Source of the DNA: Candidatus Poribacteria bacterium
Lineage (GTDB): Bacteria > Poribacteria > WGA-4E > WGA-3G
Direction: 5' to 3'
DNA: 64,000 nt
Assembly (NCBI GenBank): GCA_028824685.1
Contig: JAPPCZ010000055.1
Location: 4,673 to 68,672, forward strand
Shown here: positions 47,651-57,180 of the stretch, in pieces
How positions within the stretch are numbered: position 1 is the stretch's first letter
Layout of the letters: every line of letters starts with the position of its first letter
Translations under genes and position numbers: made by a program
Notes under the pieces: model-generated
Seen by the model: only the letters and a program-made list of their open reading frames with translations
Database searches by the model: none
Told to the model about the DNA's origin: nothing

Positions 47651-47993
47651 TCATGACGATTTTGACGGATTTACTATAAAGATATTTCTTGACGAAGACG
47701 GTGATTATCTCGCTCATTTCATTGAACTTCCAAATGTCTCTGCTTTCGGACCTACGCCTGCACAAGCATTAATTGAATTGAAAACAGCGTGGGAGTTGAT
47801 GAAAGAGTGTTATCAAGAGGATAATGTTCCCATTCCAAAACCACCAGCGCGAGAATTGAATGACGTGCCGTTTAATGTCTCTGTTGATCCACACCTATAT
47901 CACCGCTTAACAGATGAAGCCGCAAAAGCTGGAATGAGTCTCAACGCACTCGTAGAACAGAAATTAGCTGAAACAACAAGTGTTGATACCTGA
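47634..47993 (+). CDS. hicB: HicB-family antitoxin (UPF0150 plus C-terminal RHH-like)
   Basis: Overlaps hicA by 17 nt. FTIKIFLDEDGDYLAHFIELPNVSAFGPTPAQALIELKTAW is a HicB-like RNaseH-fold N-terminus. C-terminal LTDEAAKAGMSLNALVEQKLAE is ribbon-helix-helix-like. Confidence 0.65.
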   Translation: MKMKNNHDDFDGFTIKIFLDEDGDYLAHFIELPNVSAFGPTPAQALIELKTAWELMKECYQEDNVPIPKPPARELNDVPFNVSVDPHLYHRLTDEAAKAGMSLNALVEQKLAETTSVDT

Positions 47994-48021
47994 TGAATAT
48001 GAGCAACTCGGGAGATTTTAA

Positions 48022-48795
48022 TTGCTTGATGTCTACAACCTTAGCAAATCTATTGACAAGAAACCGTTTCTCTCAGAACTCACTTTTCAGGTGGCAGCTG
48101 GGGAGTCTCTCATCCTACTCGGTAGAAATGGTGCTGGAAAAACACTTTTGCTCAACATCTTGGCAACCTTGGTTGAACCGACATCAGGTTCTATTTTTAT
48201 TTCTGGAATAGACGCATTTTCCAACTTGAAACGGGTTCGTCCACACATCGGATATATACCTGTTGATTTTGAAGGATACCCTGAATTATCTGTTGTTGAC
48301 TACCTCCAATTTTTTGCTGCTGCATACAAATTAGAGAAACAGGAACGCACCGCTGCAATTGATGCTGTGATTGAATTGATGGATATTCCGCATCTTCGTG
48401 ACATGAAAATCGGGGCTTTATCAACGGGAGAACGTCAACGACTTCTGTTTGCCAAAACCTTTCTTCATGAACCACAGTTGTGGTTACTTGATGAACCGTT
48501 AGCACCGCTTGACCCACGTGGACAAATTGAGATGGTAGAATTGTTCAATGAACTCCAGATGATGGGAAAAACACTTGTAATCGCTACCAATCGTCTGGAA
48601 GATGTATCAAAACTATGTGGTATAGGAACTGAAACCGAACCAAATACCAATCTTCTCGGTATTCTCAACGATGGAAAGTTCGCTGTATTCAATACAATAA
48701 GGCAAATACAATACGAATTTAAAGTAAAAAATAAGTCAGAAAATCTAAAGCCGAATTGGCTTGCTGAACTCTATTTGGAGGTTACAAAATCATAA
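48022..48795 (+). CDS. ABC transporter ATP-binding protein (orphan, no adjacent permease)
   Basis: Walker A LLGRNGAGKTLLLNIL; signature LSTGERQRL; Walker B LWLLDEPLAPLD. Confidence 0.75.
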   Translation: MLDVYNLSKSIDKKPFLSELTFQVAAGESLILLGRNGAGKTLLLNILATLVEPTSGSIFISGIDAFSNLKRVRPHIGYIPVDFEGYPELSVVDYLQFFAAAYKLEKQERTAAIDAVIELMDIPHLRDMKIGALSTGERQRLLFAKTFLHEPQLWLLDEPLAPLDPRGQIEMVELFNELQMMGKTLVIATNRLEDVSKLCGIGTETEPNTNLLGILNDGKFAVFNTIRQIQYEFKVKNKSENLKPNWLAELYLEVTKS

Positions 48796-49568
48796 TGTCA
48801 GACATTGGACAATTTTTTCATGAAAACGGATACTATTTCGCAAAAGGTGTCTATTCGCCTGAAGAGATCAAATTAATGGAACATGATTTTGACCGTGTGG
48901 TAGACCAGTTGCTCAAAAGCGATGAAAACGTCAATGCACGTTGGGGCGGTAGATTGATGGATGCGCTTGATGGCGGGGAATCTGTTATTATTCATACCCA
49001 TAATATTCAGAGTTTTTCTGCTGTGTGGATGCAGGCATTTCTGCAAGAAAAGTTTCTCAACGTTGCTGAAGATATACTCGGACCAGATATTATGCTCCAC
49101 CATTCTAAACTTTTTTGCAAACCGCCAGAGAAAGGCTCACCCTTTCCGATGCATCAGGATTGGCAGTATTTTCCGTCAGTTAAGGACACGATGATAGCCT
49201 CCATCATATATGTATCGGATGCTACAGATGAGATGGGGTGTGTTCGCGTATACCCAGGTTCTCATAGGGAACTGGGACGAATGGATGGTATGATGGGGAG
49301 AGGAGATAATGAAGAAATTACGGATAGATACCCGATTGAGGATGCTACCGTATTAGAGGCGGAACCGGGGGATGTGCTTTTCTTTAGCTACTTCACACTG
49401 CACGGGTCAATGCCGAACCGTTCAAATAAGACGCGAAAGAGCGTGCTTGTCCAAATGCATGCAGGTGATGATCAGATTGAGGGTGAAAATCGACACACCA
49501 ACGTGAAATTAGTGCTTCGTGGTTGGAATCATTTCGCTACCCGCTCTTCTGTCGGAAGAATTGTATAG
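48795..49568 (+). CDS. PhyH-family Fe(II)/2-oxoglutarate dioxygenase
   Basis: HxD...H facial triad context (PMHQDWQYFP ... RVYPGSHR ... FTLHGSMPNRS) and overall phytanoyl-CoA dioxygenase-like layout. Overlaps the upstream ABC gene stop (ATAATG). Confidence 0.8.
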   Translation: MSDIGQFFHENGYYFAKGVYSPEEIKLMEHDFDRVVDQLLKSDENVNARWGGRLMDALDGGESVIIHTHNIQSFSAVWMQAFLQEKFLNVAEDILGPDIMLHHSKLFCKPPEKGSPFPMHQDWQYFPSVKDTMIASIIYVSDATDEMGCVRVYPGSHRELGRMDGMMGRGDNEEITDRYPIEDATVLEAEPGDVLFFSYFTLHGSMPNRSNKTRKSVLVQMHAGDDQIEGENRHTNVKLVLRGWNHFATRSSVGRIV

Positions 49569-49684
49569 ACATCTTTGTAACCGTGCTTTGCAAGCGCGTT
49601 ATCAACTATATCCGAGTAGGCGCGTTTTGTAACGCGCTGTTAACAAAGTTTGAGGAATAATCAGTATTTTTAAAGGAGAATTAA

Positions 49685-50680
49685 ATGATTAAAGTAGCAA
49701 AAATTAGTATGGCGCATGTCCACGCAGGTGGATATGCACGACAGATTCACGAAAACCCCGAAACCGAACTCGTTGCCGTTTGGGACGAGGAAGAATACGG
49801 TGGCAAAGCAGCTGCAGAACAATACGAAGTTCCCTTCTATTCCGACCTTGACGAAATGTTAAGTCGTGATGACGTTGACGCAGTTGCTGTTGATGCAGTT
49901 ACGTCTGACCATCCGCGTGTAATGATCGCCGCTGCTGAAGCTGGCAAACATATCTTCACCGAAAAAGCACTCGCTATCACAGTCGCAGAATGTGATCCGA
50001 TTATTGAGGCAGTTGAAAAAGCAGGCGTGAAGTTTATGATTTCACTACCTTCGCGAGCCAATTCTGAGATTCTATTCGCCAAAAAAGCAATTGATGATGG
50101 ACTACTCGGCGACATAACGTTCGGTAGAGGACGGATTGCACATTCCGCCGCGCTGGATAGCTGGTTCAGCGGCACAAGTGCTTGGTTTGCAGACCCGGTA
50201 CGTGCAGGTGGGGGTGCTCTCTTTGACTTAGGATGTCACCGTGTTGATGTGATTCGTTGGTTGATGGGTGAACCGAAAAGTGCAATCGCGAAGATAAACA
50301 ATTTCACTGGTAACTTCCCAATTGACGACAATAGTGTTTCTGTCGTGGAATTTGCAAACAAAGCACTCGGTGTAATTGATGTTGCATGGACACACCGCTC
50401 TGGTCCGAATATGCTTGAGATTTACGGCACGGAAGGGTCGTTTGCTGCGGGACACGGTGAGATGCATTTCCAAACCCGCAAACTCTCTGATGAAGAGAAA
50501 GCAAAGTACATTGAAGATGCGCCCGCAGCACCACCGTCACCGATGCAGCAGTGGATCAATGCCATCCTCCGCGATGAACCGATGACAATTACAATGCAAG
50601 ATGGACGTAATTTAACAGAGTTGATGCAGGCATTCTATATGTCCTCTGAACAAGGAAAAGCGATAGAATTCCCGCTCTAA
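49685..50680 (+). CDS. Gfo/Idh/MocA-family NAD(P)-dependent oxidoreductase
   Basis: Rossmann N-terminus IKVAKISMAHVHAGGYARQ (atypical); EKALAITVAECDPIIEAVEKAGVKFMI; C-terminal alpha/beta dimerisation domain. RBS aaaggagaa. Confidence 0.8.
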   Translation: MIKVAKISMAHVHAGGYARQIHENPETELVAVWDEEEYGGKAAAEQYEVPFYSDLDEMLSRDDVDAVAVDAVTSDHPRVMIAAAEAGKHIFTEKALAITVAECDPIIEAVEKAGVKFMISLPSRANSEILFAKKAIDDGLLGDITFGRGRIAHSAALDSWFSGTSAWFADPVRAGGGALFDLGCHRVDVIRWLMGEPKSAIAKINNFTGNFPIDDNSVSVVEFANKALGVIDVAWTHRSGPNMLEIYGTEGSFAAGHGEMHFQTRKLSDEEKAKYIEDAPAAPPSPMQQWINAILRDEPMTITMQDGRNLTELMQAFYMSSEQGKAIEFPL

Positions 50681-50787
50681 GTTGCTATATTAAACTCACG
50701 TTATATAACGTGAGTCCGACATAAGAGTTAGAAAAATCCGACACAATTTATCATTTTTATCACAAATTTGATGACGGACATGTTCCT

Positions 50788-50893
50788 GCACTCCAGCGGA
50801 GTGCTATGTGTGATAATATCACATACCGCTCCGCTGGAGCGGAAACACTGGTTCGGATGATTGCTATAAACATATTGCTCCGCTGGAGCAAAG
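50788..50893. repeat. Dispersed repeat family 2, copy 2
   Basis: gcactccagcggagtgctatgtg...acataccgctccgctggagcgg...ctataaacatattgctccgctggagcaaaga; matches 13914-14054 with an internal deletion. Confidence 0.65.
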
Positions 50894-50991
50894 ATGGTGT
50901 TTTGGGTTGCGTTGGAACTATTTTTCGTTCAATTGAATCCACGTGATGAACCAATTTCTTATATCGAACTCAAGTTTATATACTTGGATGT

Positions 50992-51276
50992 GTGAAAGGC
51001 ATGAAAATAAATAAAGACGAACAGGTTACCAGTATATCTCAGGCACTAACTCTGGAGGAGATAGCCGATTATTGGGACACACATAGTTTGGCTGACCACT
51101 GGGATGAAACGCATGCAGTCGATTTTGAGGTTCGGATGCAGCGCAAGTGTCGTGTAACGCTTACCCCAGAGATCTATGAAAAAATTGAAAAGCAAGCGCT
51201 GGAACAGGGAATCTTACCGGAAACTTTGGTTAACTTGTGGTTAGCTGAACGTCTCCAAGCGATGGAATCATCGTAA
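50992..51276 (+). CDS. brnA: BrnA-like (CopG/RHH-type) antitoxin, orphan (no BrnT/DUF497 toxin gene seen upstream)
   Basis: 94 aa. EEIADYWDTHSLADHWDE...VDFEVRMQRKCRVTLTPEIYEKIEKQALEQGI..ETLVNLWLAE fits the BrnA antitoxin family pattern; the assignment is from memory of the family. Confidence 0.5.
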   Translation: MKGMKINKDEQVTSISQALTLEEIADYWDTHSLADHWDETHAVDFEVRMQRKCRVTLTPEIYEKIEKQALEQGILPETLVNLWLAERLQAMESS

Positions 51277-51378
51277 ATGATAGAAAACGCTAAATTTTGT
51301 CAAATGACACACCCATTTAGCGTTGATTTAGCAAATTTTCAGACCAAAATAGGGCAAAAACTTTTGTAAGGAGAATCT

Positions 51379-53547
51379 ATGAAAGCTACCGAAACACCTA
51401 TACTTAGATTTTTACAAGGTCCGAAACAGTTTGTTGTTCCAATTTTTCAACGTAGGTACAGTTGGGAACAAAAACAATGTCAGAAACTCTGGGATGATGT
51501 GCTAAAGGCTGGTGAAAATGATGAGATTAAGTGGCATTTTCTCGGCTCAATTGTATACATGGAACCAGAGGAAGAACAGCATACTGTCAGCATTCCAAGA
51601 CACCAAGTAATTGACGGTCAACAGCGATTAACGACTTTATCGCTCTTATTATTAGCACTCAGCCGTGCAATAAAAGAAGATAGTGACATTGATATAACCC
51701 CGAAACAACTGGTGAATTATTATCTTTTCAACGATGGGGAAAGGGAAGAATTCCGTCACAAACAAGTTCTCACAAAAGGGGATAAAGATACACTCATCTA
51801 TCTGTTGGAGAGTAAAGAAATCCTTCCTCAAGATCCTTCTCCATTTTTGGTAAAGAATTACCGATTTTTTGAAAGGAAAGTCAAAGATGTTGATCTTAAA
51901 ACTTTATATACGGGACTTGGAAAGTTGATGATTGTGGACATCGTTTTGAATCGGGAAGGAGCAAATCCGCAATTGATTTTTGAGAGTCTTAATTCGACTG
52001 GGGTCGAGCTCACAGAAGCAGACAAAATTCGGAACTATGTCCTCATGGGACAACCATTTAGTTTCCAAAATAGACTGCACGAGAATTTTTGGTTTCCTAT
52101 GGAACAGTATTTTGGTAAAAAGGAATACACAAAACGCCTTGACAGTTTCATGCGAGATTATCTCACATTAAAAACTGAGCGGATCCCCACCCGTAAGAAA
52201 ATTTACGAAAAATTTAAAGCATATCTTCCTGAATATATGTTCAACAAGCCAGAAAACGCTGAGCAAATTGTCAGTGAGATTTCACGTTATGGGAAGCACT
52301 ACGTTAACATTACACAGAAAGAAGAAGATCCGGAACTTAAGGTTTGTTTAGAGGATATAAGGGAGCTGCGTGCCGAAGTTGTCTATCCGTTCTTACTTGA
52401 AGTTTATGATTATTATAGACGAGGTGATATAGAGAAATCGGAAGTCATAAAAACGCTTCGATTGGTTGAGAGTTACGTTTTTCGGCGTTCTATATGCGAA
52501 TTGTCAGGTAAATTTCTCAATCATACGTTTGTTAAAATTTTGAAAGAGATGTCTAAGAAGAACATTAAGGATTATATTAAATCTTTTAATGATACTTTAT
52601 TGTTTATGCCCTTTATTAGTCGTTTCCCTAAAGATGATGAATTCAAAGAAGCATTGTTGAAAAAAGACATTTATACTGCTCAGTCTGGTCGCGTCTGCAA
52701 ATATATGCTACGAAAACTGGAGAACTATGGACATAAAGAACCTATCAATGTTGACGACTATACGATTGAACATGTAGTGCCGCAGACACCCACTCCAGAA
52801 TGGCGAAAGGAATTAAGTGAAGACTTTAGCGAAATATATGATAAATTCCTTCACACTATTGGCAACCTTACACTTACCGCTTACAATTCAGAATATAGCA
52901 ATTCTCCTTTCAAAGAGAAACGGGACATGGAAAAAGGATTTTGCCAGAGTCACTTATATTTGAATGAAAGTCTTGCACGTGCAGAACAATGGAACTTATC
53001 TGCTATCCTAACAAGAGCAAAGTTACTTGCAGAGAAAGCTTGCGAAATCTGGATTTATCCTGAAGTCGACGATGATCTATCTATTGAGAGGAACGATAAT
53101 TTTCCATCTTCTCAACAAAAACTTGCTGCTACAACGAGTGTAACAACAGCCGGATATGGCACATCTTCAAATTCAACTTCCATGGCTGACTGGTCGGAAT
53201 GGGAACAAGAATTAGGTTGGATTATCATTGAGATGCTTGAGTATAAGGATCCTGCAGGTTTAATGATATTTGAACCAAGGGATATTCAAGATTATTATCC
53301 TCGGCTAAAAGAAAAGTGGCCGAATAATAATAGTATAAGTGAAACTGTAAGTAAGATGTTGGGTTCATTGGTAAATCGTGGAGAACTTGAAAAGCCAAAC
53401 TGGGGCGAATATAGGCTTGTTGAAGGTGAGCTTTTGCATCTTCATTTAAAACTGCGAATTGCAGAAAAAGAACTTACAAAGAACAAGCAAAAATCCGCTG
53501 AGTTAGAAGATAAACTTACTGAATTGGAAGACGAACTTACTGAGTAA
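51379..53547 (+). CDS. GmrSD-like DUF262/DUF1524 nuclease (type IV restriction / BrxU-like defence protein) with C-terminal wHTH-like and coiled-coil extension
   Basis: N-terminal DUF262/ParB-like: FVVPIFQRRYSWEQKQCQKLWDD, GSIV, IDGQQRLTTLSLLLLAL. C-terminal DUF1524 His-Me finger: DDYTIEHVVPQTP...FLHTIGNLTLTAYNSEYSNSPFKEK. Tail LEDKLTELEDELTE is coiled coil. RBS taaggagaa. Confidence 0.75.
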   Translation: MKATETPILRFLQGPKQFVVPIFQRRYSWEQKQCQKLWDDVLKAGENDEIKWHFLGSIVYMEPEEEQHTVSIPRHQVIDGQQRLTTLSLLLLALSRAIKEDSDIDITPKQLVNYYLFNDGEREEFRHKQVLTKGDKDTLIYLLESKEILPQDPSPFLVKNYRFFERKVKDVDLKTLYTGLGKLMIVDIVLNREGANPQLIFESLNSTGVELTEADKIRNYVLMGQPFSFQNRLHENFWFPMEQYFGKKEYTKRLDSFMRDYLTLKTERIPTRKKIYEKFKAYLPEYMFNKPENAEQIVSEISRYGKHYVNITQKEEDPELKVCLEDIRELRAEVVYPFLLEVYDYYRRGDIEKSEVIKTLRLVESYVFRRSICELSGKFLNHTFVKILKEMSKKNIKDYIKSFNDTLLFMPFISRFPKDDEFKEALLKKDIYTAQSGRVCKYMLRKLENYGHKEPINVDDYTIEHVVPQTPTPEWRKELSEDFSEIYDKFLHTIGNLTLTAYNSEYSNSPFKEKRDMEKGFCQSHLYLNESLARAEQWNLSAILTRAKLLAEKACEIWIYPEVDDDLSIERNDNFPSSQQKLAATTSVTTAGYGTSSNSTSMADWSEWEQELGWIIIEMLEYKDPAGLMIFEPRDIQDYYPRLKEKWPNNNSISETVSKMLGSLVNRGELEKPNWGEYRLVEGELLHLHLKLRIAEKELTKNKQKSAELEDKLTELEDELTE

Positions 53548-53568
53548 AACCAACAAAGGAAACATATC

Positions 53569-56064
53569 ATGAAAGACTATCAACCTATATCTCTTACCGA
53601 TTTATGTAATGTAGACGCAGAAATAATCGGTGCAAACACAACGCCAACCTTGGGACAGCAAACATTTCACGGACTTCCCTTCCACATCTCCGAAGGCGAA
53701 AAATGTTTCTTAGGTTTCGGTGAAGGTGTCCATACAGACTCCATCCAAATTCCAATCAATTCTAATCCAAAGCGGGTTATCATAGTACATCGGCTGCTTG
53801 AGTCCCGCATCCATGAAGGTGAACCGATTGGAAAACTTATTGCCAATTATGTTTTCCACTACGCCGATGGCGAAAAGGAAAGTGTTCCAATTCGTGAACG
53901 TTTTGAGATTGGCAGCGTGCCGCAGGGATGGGGACAACAGACCTTCATTGCTGTCCCTGATACCAAAGAAGGTTTGCATGCTCGGCATCAAGGGCCGTGG
54001 GGTTCTGCCGGACAACGTCAAACAGAGGCAACGCAGTGTGTTCCGCGCAACTACTATCTATGGATATGGAAAAATTCCAATCCTGATGTTGAGGTGACAT
54101 CAATAGAAATTCAGCCGCAGGAACGTAAGTTTATCGTAGCGGCGATTACGCTCGGTTACCTTGATGAGGATCCAATCCCGCGGCACCCGAACCGTGAGGT
54201 TAAAATCACACTTCCGCAAGCAGAAGATGCTGACAAACCGTTTGACATGGAAGTGAATGTTGACCGTGGCACTGCGACTTATCCGTATCCGTTGCCAGAA
54301 AATCCATCCGATGCATTTATGAATGACGATTTCAAAGGATGGGGAGAATTCCAAAATAACAAAAGCAGCCCTGCATATACTGAGATATCCGCGACACCAT
54401 CCGCGACCGTTGAAATTAAAAATCAAGGTGAAACGCTTGGCAATGTCAACTGGGGAGAGCTTCAAGAAAGTGGAAGTGTCCAACCGAATGAACGGGTCAA
54501 GATAGAAGTCATTGATACTGGCAGAAACTGGGTACATACCACCGTGATTGACGAAGACACGAATAAGCCCGTGCCGTGTCGTATCCACTTTCGTTCACAG
54601 CACGGTGTGCCGTACGCCCCGCATGGACACCACGCACATGTCAATTCAAACATGGGCACGTGGCACATAGACGTCGGTGGTGATGTGCGGCTGGGTCAGA
54701 TTAGTTATGCTTATATTGATGGCACATGTCAGGGATGGTTACCTCGCGGTGATGTTATCGTTGATATTGCGCGCGGCTTTGAATATACGCCTTTGCGGAC
54801 CACCGTCAACATTAAACCCGGACAACGCGAGTTGAACCTGCGGATAAAACGGTGGTGCGATATGAACGCCGAACGCTATTTTAGCGGCGACACACACGTC
54901 CACTTCCTTTCAACACAAGGCGCACATACCGAAGCACAAGGTGAAGACCTTGGCGTTGTCAATCTTCTCCTTTCGCAGTGGGGGCATCTCTTCACAAATA
55001 CAGAGGAATTCATCGGAAGACCGACGGTTTCTGCCGATGGAAGAAGCATTGTCTATGCCACGCAGGAGAACAGGCAACATGTGCTTGGACATCTTACGCT
55101 GCTCGGTTTAAAGGAACAGGTGGCACCGTGGTGTTCGGATGGACCGGGTGAGGCAGAACTTGGCGGAAACCTGGAGGTCACGCTCTCGCATTGGGCAGAT
55201 GCATGCCATGCACAAGGCGGCACCGTAGTTCTACCGCACATTCCTAATCCAAATTGCGAACCTGCAACGCTCATCGCTACAGGGCGCGTTGACGCTGTTG
55301 AATATCTCACTAACGCGATGTATGGACATATTGAATATTACCGTTATCTCAACTGTGGATATAAATTACCCCTTGTCGGTGGCACAGACAAGATGACAGC
55401 GGATGTGCCAGTAGGTGTTTATAGAACGTATGTTCATATCCCCGAAAATGAAGAATTCAACTACGACAACTGGTGCAAATATATGAGTGCTGGTAATACG
55501 TTTCTCAGCGGCGGTCCAATGATTCGCCTTACCGTAAATGGACAACCGATAGGCAGTACTATTAACCTACCCGGTAACGGCGGCACTGTTGAAGTTGAAG
55601 CATCCGCTGATTCCATCTTCCCCATTCATACTTTACAAATTGTGCAAGCAGGAGAAGTTGTTGCCTCTACAGAGGAAAACAACGGATCACACAAGTTACG
55701 CCTTAAAGCAAATCTAAAAGTTGATAAACATTCGTGGATTGCTGCTCGATGTGGTGGGCCAAACTACGCAGAAGCAGTTCCACATCACGATGGGTGGCGG
55801 CGTGGCATCATCGCACACACGTCTCCAATTTACGTCGCTGTCGGTGGCGAATGGTGGATGTTCGATCCAGAAACGGCAAACTATATGCTCACCTTGATTG
55901 AAGGTGGATTGTCCTATATTCAACAATCAGCACGCCACCATGAACCCGGCACGGTTACGCACCATCACGGTGAGGAGGATCATCTGGAATACCTTTCTCG
56001 TCCGTTCCAAGAGGCACGAGAGGCGATTCACCGTCGCATGCATCAATTGGGCATTCCACATTAA
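53569..56064 (+). CDS. Large hypothetical protein (831 aa) with a C-terminal PHP/CehA-McbA-like metal-dependent phosphoesterase/hydrolase motif
   Basis: Separated from the upstream GmrSD-like gene by only 21 bp. C-terminal half contains YFSGDTHVHFLSTQG (HxH metal motif), VVLPHIPNPN and further His/Asp-rich segments. The N-terminal half has no recognisable family. Confidence 0.4.
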   Translation: MKDYQPISLTDLCNVDAEIIGANTTPTLGQQTFHGLPFHISEGEKCFLGFGEGVHTDSIQIPINSNPKRVIIVHRLLESRIHEGEPIGKLIANYVFHYADGEKESVPIRERFEIGSVPQGWGQQTFIAVPDTKEGLHARHQGPWGSAGQRQTEATQCVPRNYYLWIWKNSNPDVEVTSIEIQPQERKFIVAAITLGYLDEDPIPRHPNREVKITLPQAEDADKPFDMEVNVDRGTATYPYPLPENPSDAFMNDDFKGWGEFQNNKSSPAYTEISATPSATVEIKNQGETLGNVNWGELQESGSVQPNERVKIEVIDTGRNWVHTTVIDEDTNKPVPCRIHFRSQHGVPYAPHGHHAHVNSNMGTWHIDVGGDVRLGQISYAYIDGTCQGWLPRGDVIVDIARGFEYTPLRTTVNIKPGQRELNLRIKRWCDMNAERYFSGDTHVHFLSTQGAHTEAQGEDLGVVNLLLSQWGHLFTNTEEFIGRPTVSADGRSIVYATQENRQHVLGHLTLLGLKEQVAPWCSDGPGEAELGGNLEVTLSHWADACHAQGGTVVLPHIPNPNCEPATLIATGRVDAVEYLTNAMYGHIEYYRYLNCGYKLPLVGGTDKMTADVPVGVYRTYVHIPENEEFNYDNWCKYMSAGNTFLSGGPMIRLTVNGQPIGSTINLPGNGGTVEVEASADSIFPIHTLQIVQAGEVVASTEENNGSHKLRLKANLKVDKHSWIAARCGGPNYAEAVPHHDGWRRGIIAHTSPIYVAVGGEWWMFDPETANYMLTLIEGGLSYIQQSARHHEPGTVTHHHGEEDHLEYLSRPFQEAREAIHRRMHQLGIPH

Positions 56065-56119
56065 AGTAGTAGGCACACTCCGTGTGCCGTTAAACATTTA
56101 AGGAGAGAAAGGAGAAAAA

Positions 56120-57094
56120 ATGCCAAAAGAATTAGTAGCAGTTGCCCCGCGGCAACCCGTTTTGCAAGAATATGAAGATGGTCCTGTTTCTGCCGATAGC
56201 GTCCGTGTCCAAGTCGAATTCGGTGCCCCGAAACGCGGCACCGAACTGACTGCGTACTACGGATACAACAACCCAAATTTTCCACTGAGACTTGGAAATA
56301 TGTGTGTCGGAAAAATTATTGAAATTGGCGATAATGTGGATGGCTTTGAGATTGGAGAACGTGTCGCCAACCACGGACACCTCAAGGAGACGCACACGTG
56401 GCGCGCGGGAAGTGTCCTTAAAATGCCCAACCACATGACGTGGAAAGAGGCAGTCTGCTATGATCCAGCACACTTCGCAATGTCCGCAATTCGCGATGGA
56501 AAAGTCCGTGTTGGCGAACGAGTTGCTGTCTTTGGACTTGGTGCAATTGGGTTGATGACAGTGCAAATGGCACGGATCGCTGGGGCTGACTTCGTCGCTG
56601 CCGTAGACCCGCTTGAAAGACGGCGGAAAGTTGCTGAAAAGACTGGAGCGGAACTTGTCATTGATCCAACTGCCTGCAATGTCGGTGAGGTGCTTAAAGA
56701 AGCGACTGGCGGACTTGGCGTTGATGTGGCTGTAGAAACAAGCGCAGTTTACGAAGCACTTGATGATGCCCTTCGCAGCGTCACTTTTGAAGGAACAATC
56801 GTCTACGCTGGACGCGCGAAAGCGTGTACTGGAGGACTTGACCTCGGTGCTGTTGCGCATGTCAACATTCCGAATATAATCTTTGCGCGTGCCAACAGCG
56901 ATCCGAATCGCGACCACCCTCGTTGGAATTTCCGACGTATCGTTGATACTTGTTGGAAGTGGCTTGTCGAAGGACGATTTGAATGTGAAGATGTTGTTGA
57001 TCCCGTTGTGCCGTTTGAAGATTCTGTAGAGGCTTATATTGAGATGGACAACCACCCTGAACGGAGTGTCAAGTTAGGCGTCTCTTTCAAATAA
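56120..57094 (+). CDS. Medium-chain dehydrogenase/reductase (zinc-type alcohol/polyol dehydrogenase-like) family protein
   Basis: GERVAVFGLGAIGLMTVQMARIAGADFVAAVDPLERRRKVAEKTGAELVIDP is the MDR Rossmann nucleotide-binding segment. RBS aaggagagaaaggag. Confidence 0.7.
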   Translation: MPKELVAVAPRQPVLQEYEDGPVSADSVRVQVEFGAPKRGTELTAYYGYNNPNFPLRLGNMCVGKIIEIGDNVDGFEIGERVANHGHLKETHTWRAGSVLKMPNHMTWKEAVCYDPAHFAMSAIRDGKVRVGERVAVFGLGAIGLMTVQMARIAGADFVAAVDPLERRRKVAEKTGAELVIDPTACNVGEVLKEATGGLGVDVAVETSAVYEALDDALRSVTFEGTIVYAGRAKACTGGLDLGAVAHVNIPNIIFARANSDPNRDHPRWNFRRIVDTCWKWLVEGRFECEDVVDPVVPFEDSVEAYIEMDNHPERSVKLGVSFK

Positions 57095-57180
57095 TACAAA
57101 ACTTGTAGAACTTCTGTACCCTGTCATATTCTATTGAATGCGTTGTATTTCAGCCAATGGTTCTGCTGTGGAGGAGAAAA

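Noticed and set aside
53569-56064. Calling the 831-aa protein a defence effector (nuclease) of the GmrSD-like gene
   Set aside because: Only an HxH-containing PHP-like signature is visible; the N-terminal half is unassigned and the neighbours downstream are metabolic. Kept as a hypothesis in the findings but not annotated as a defence protein.
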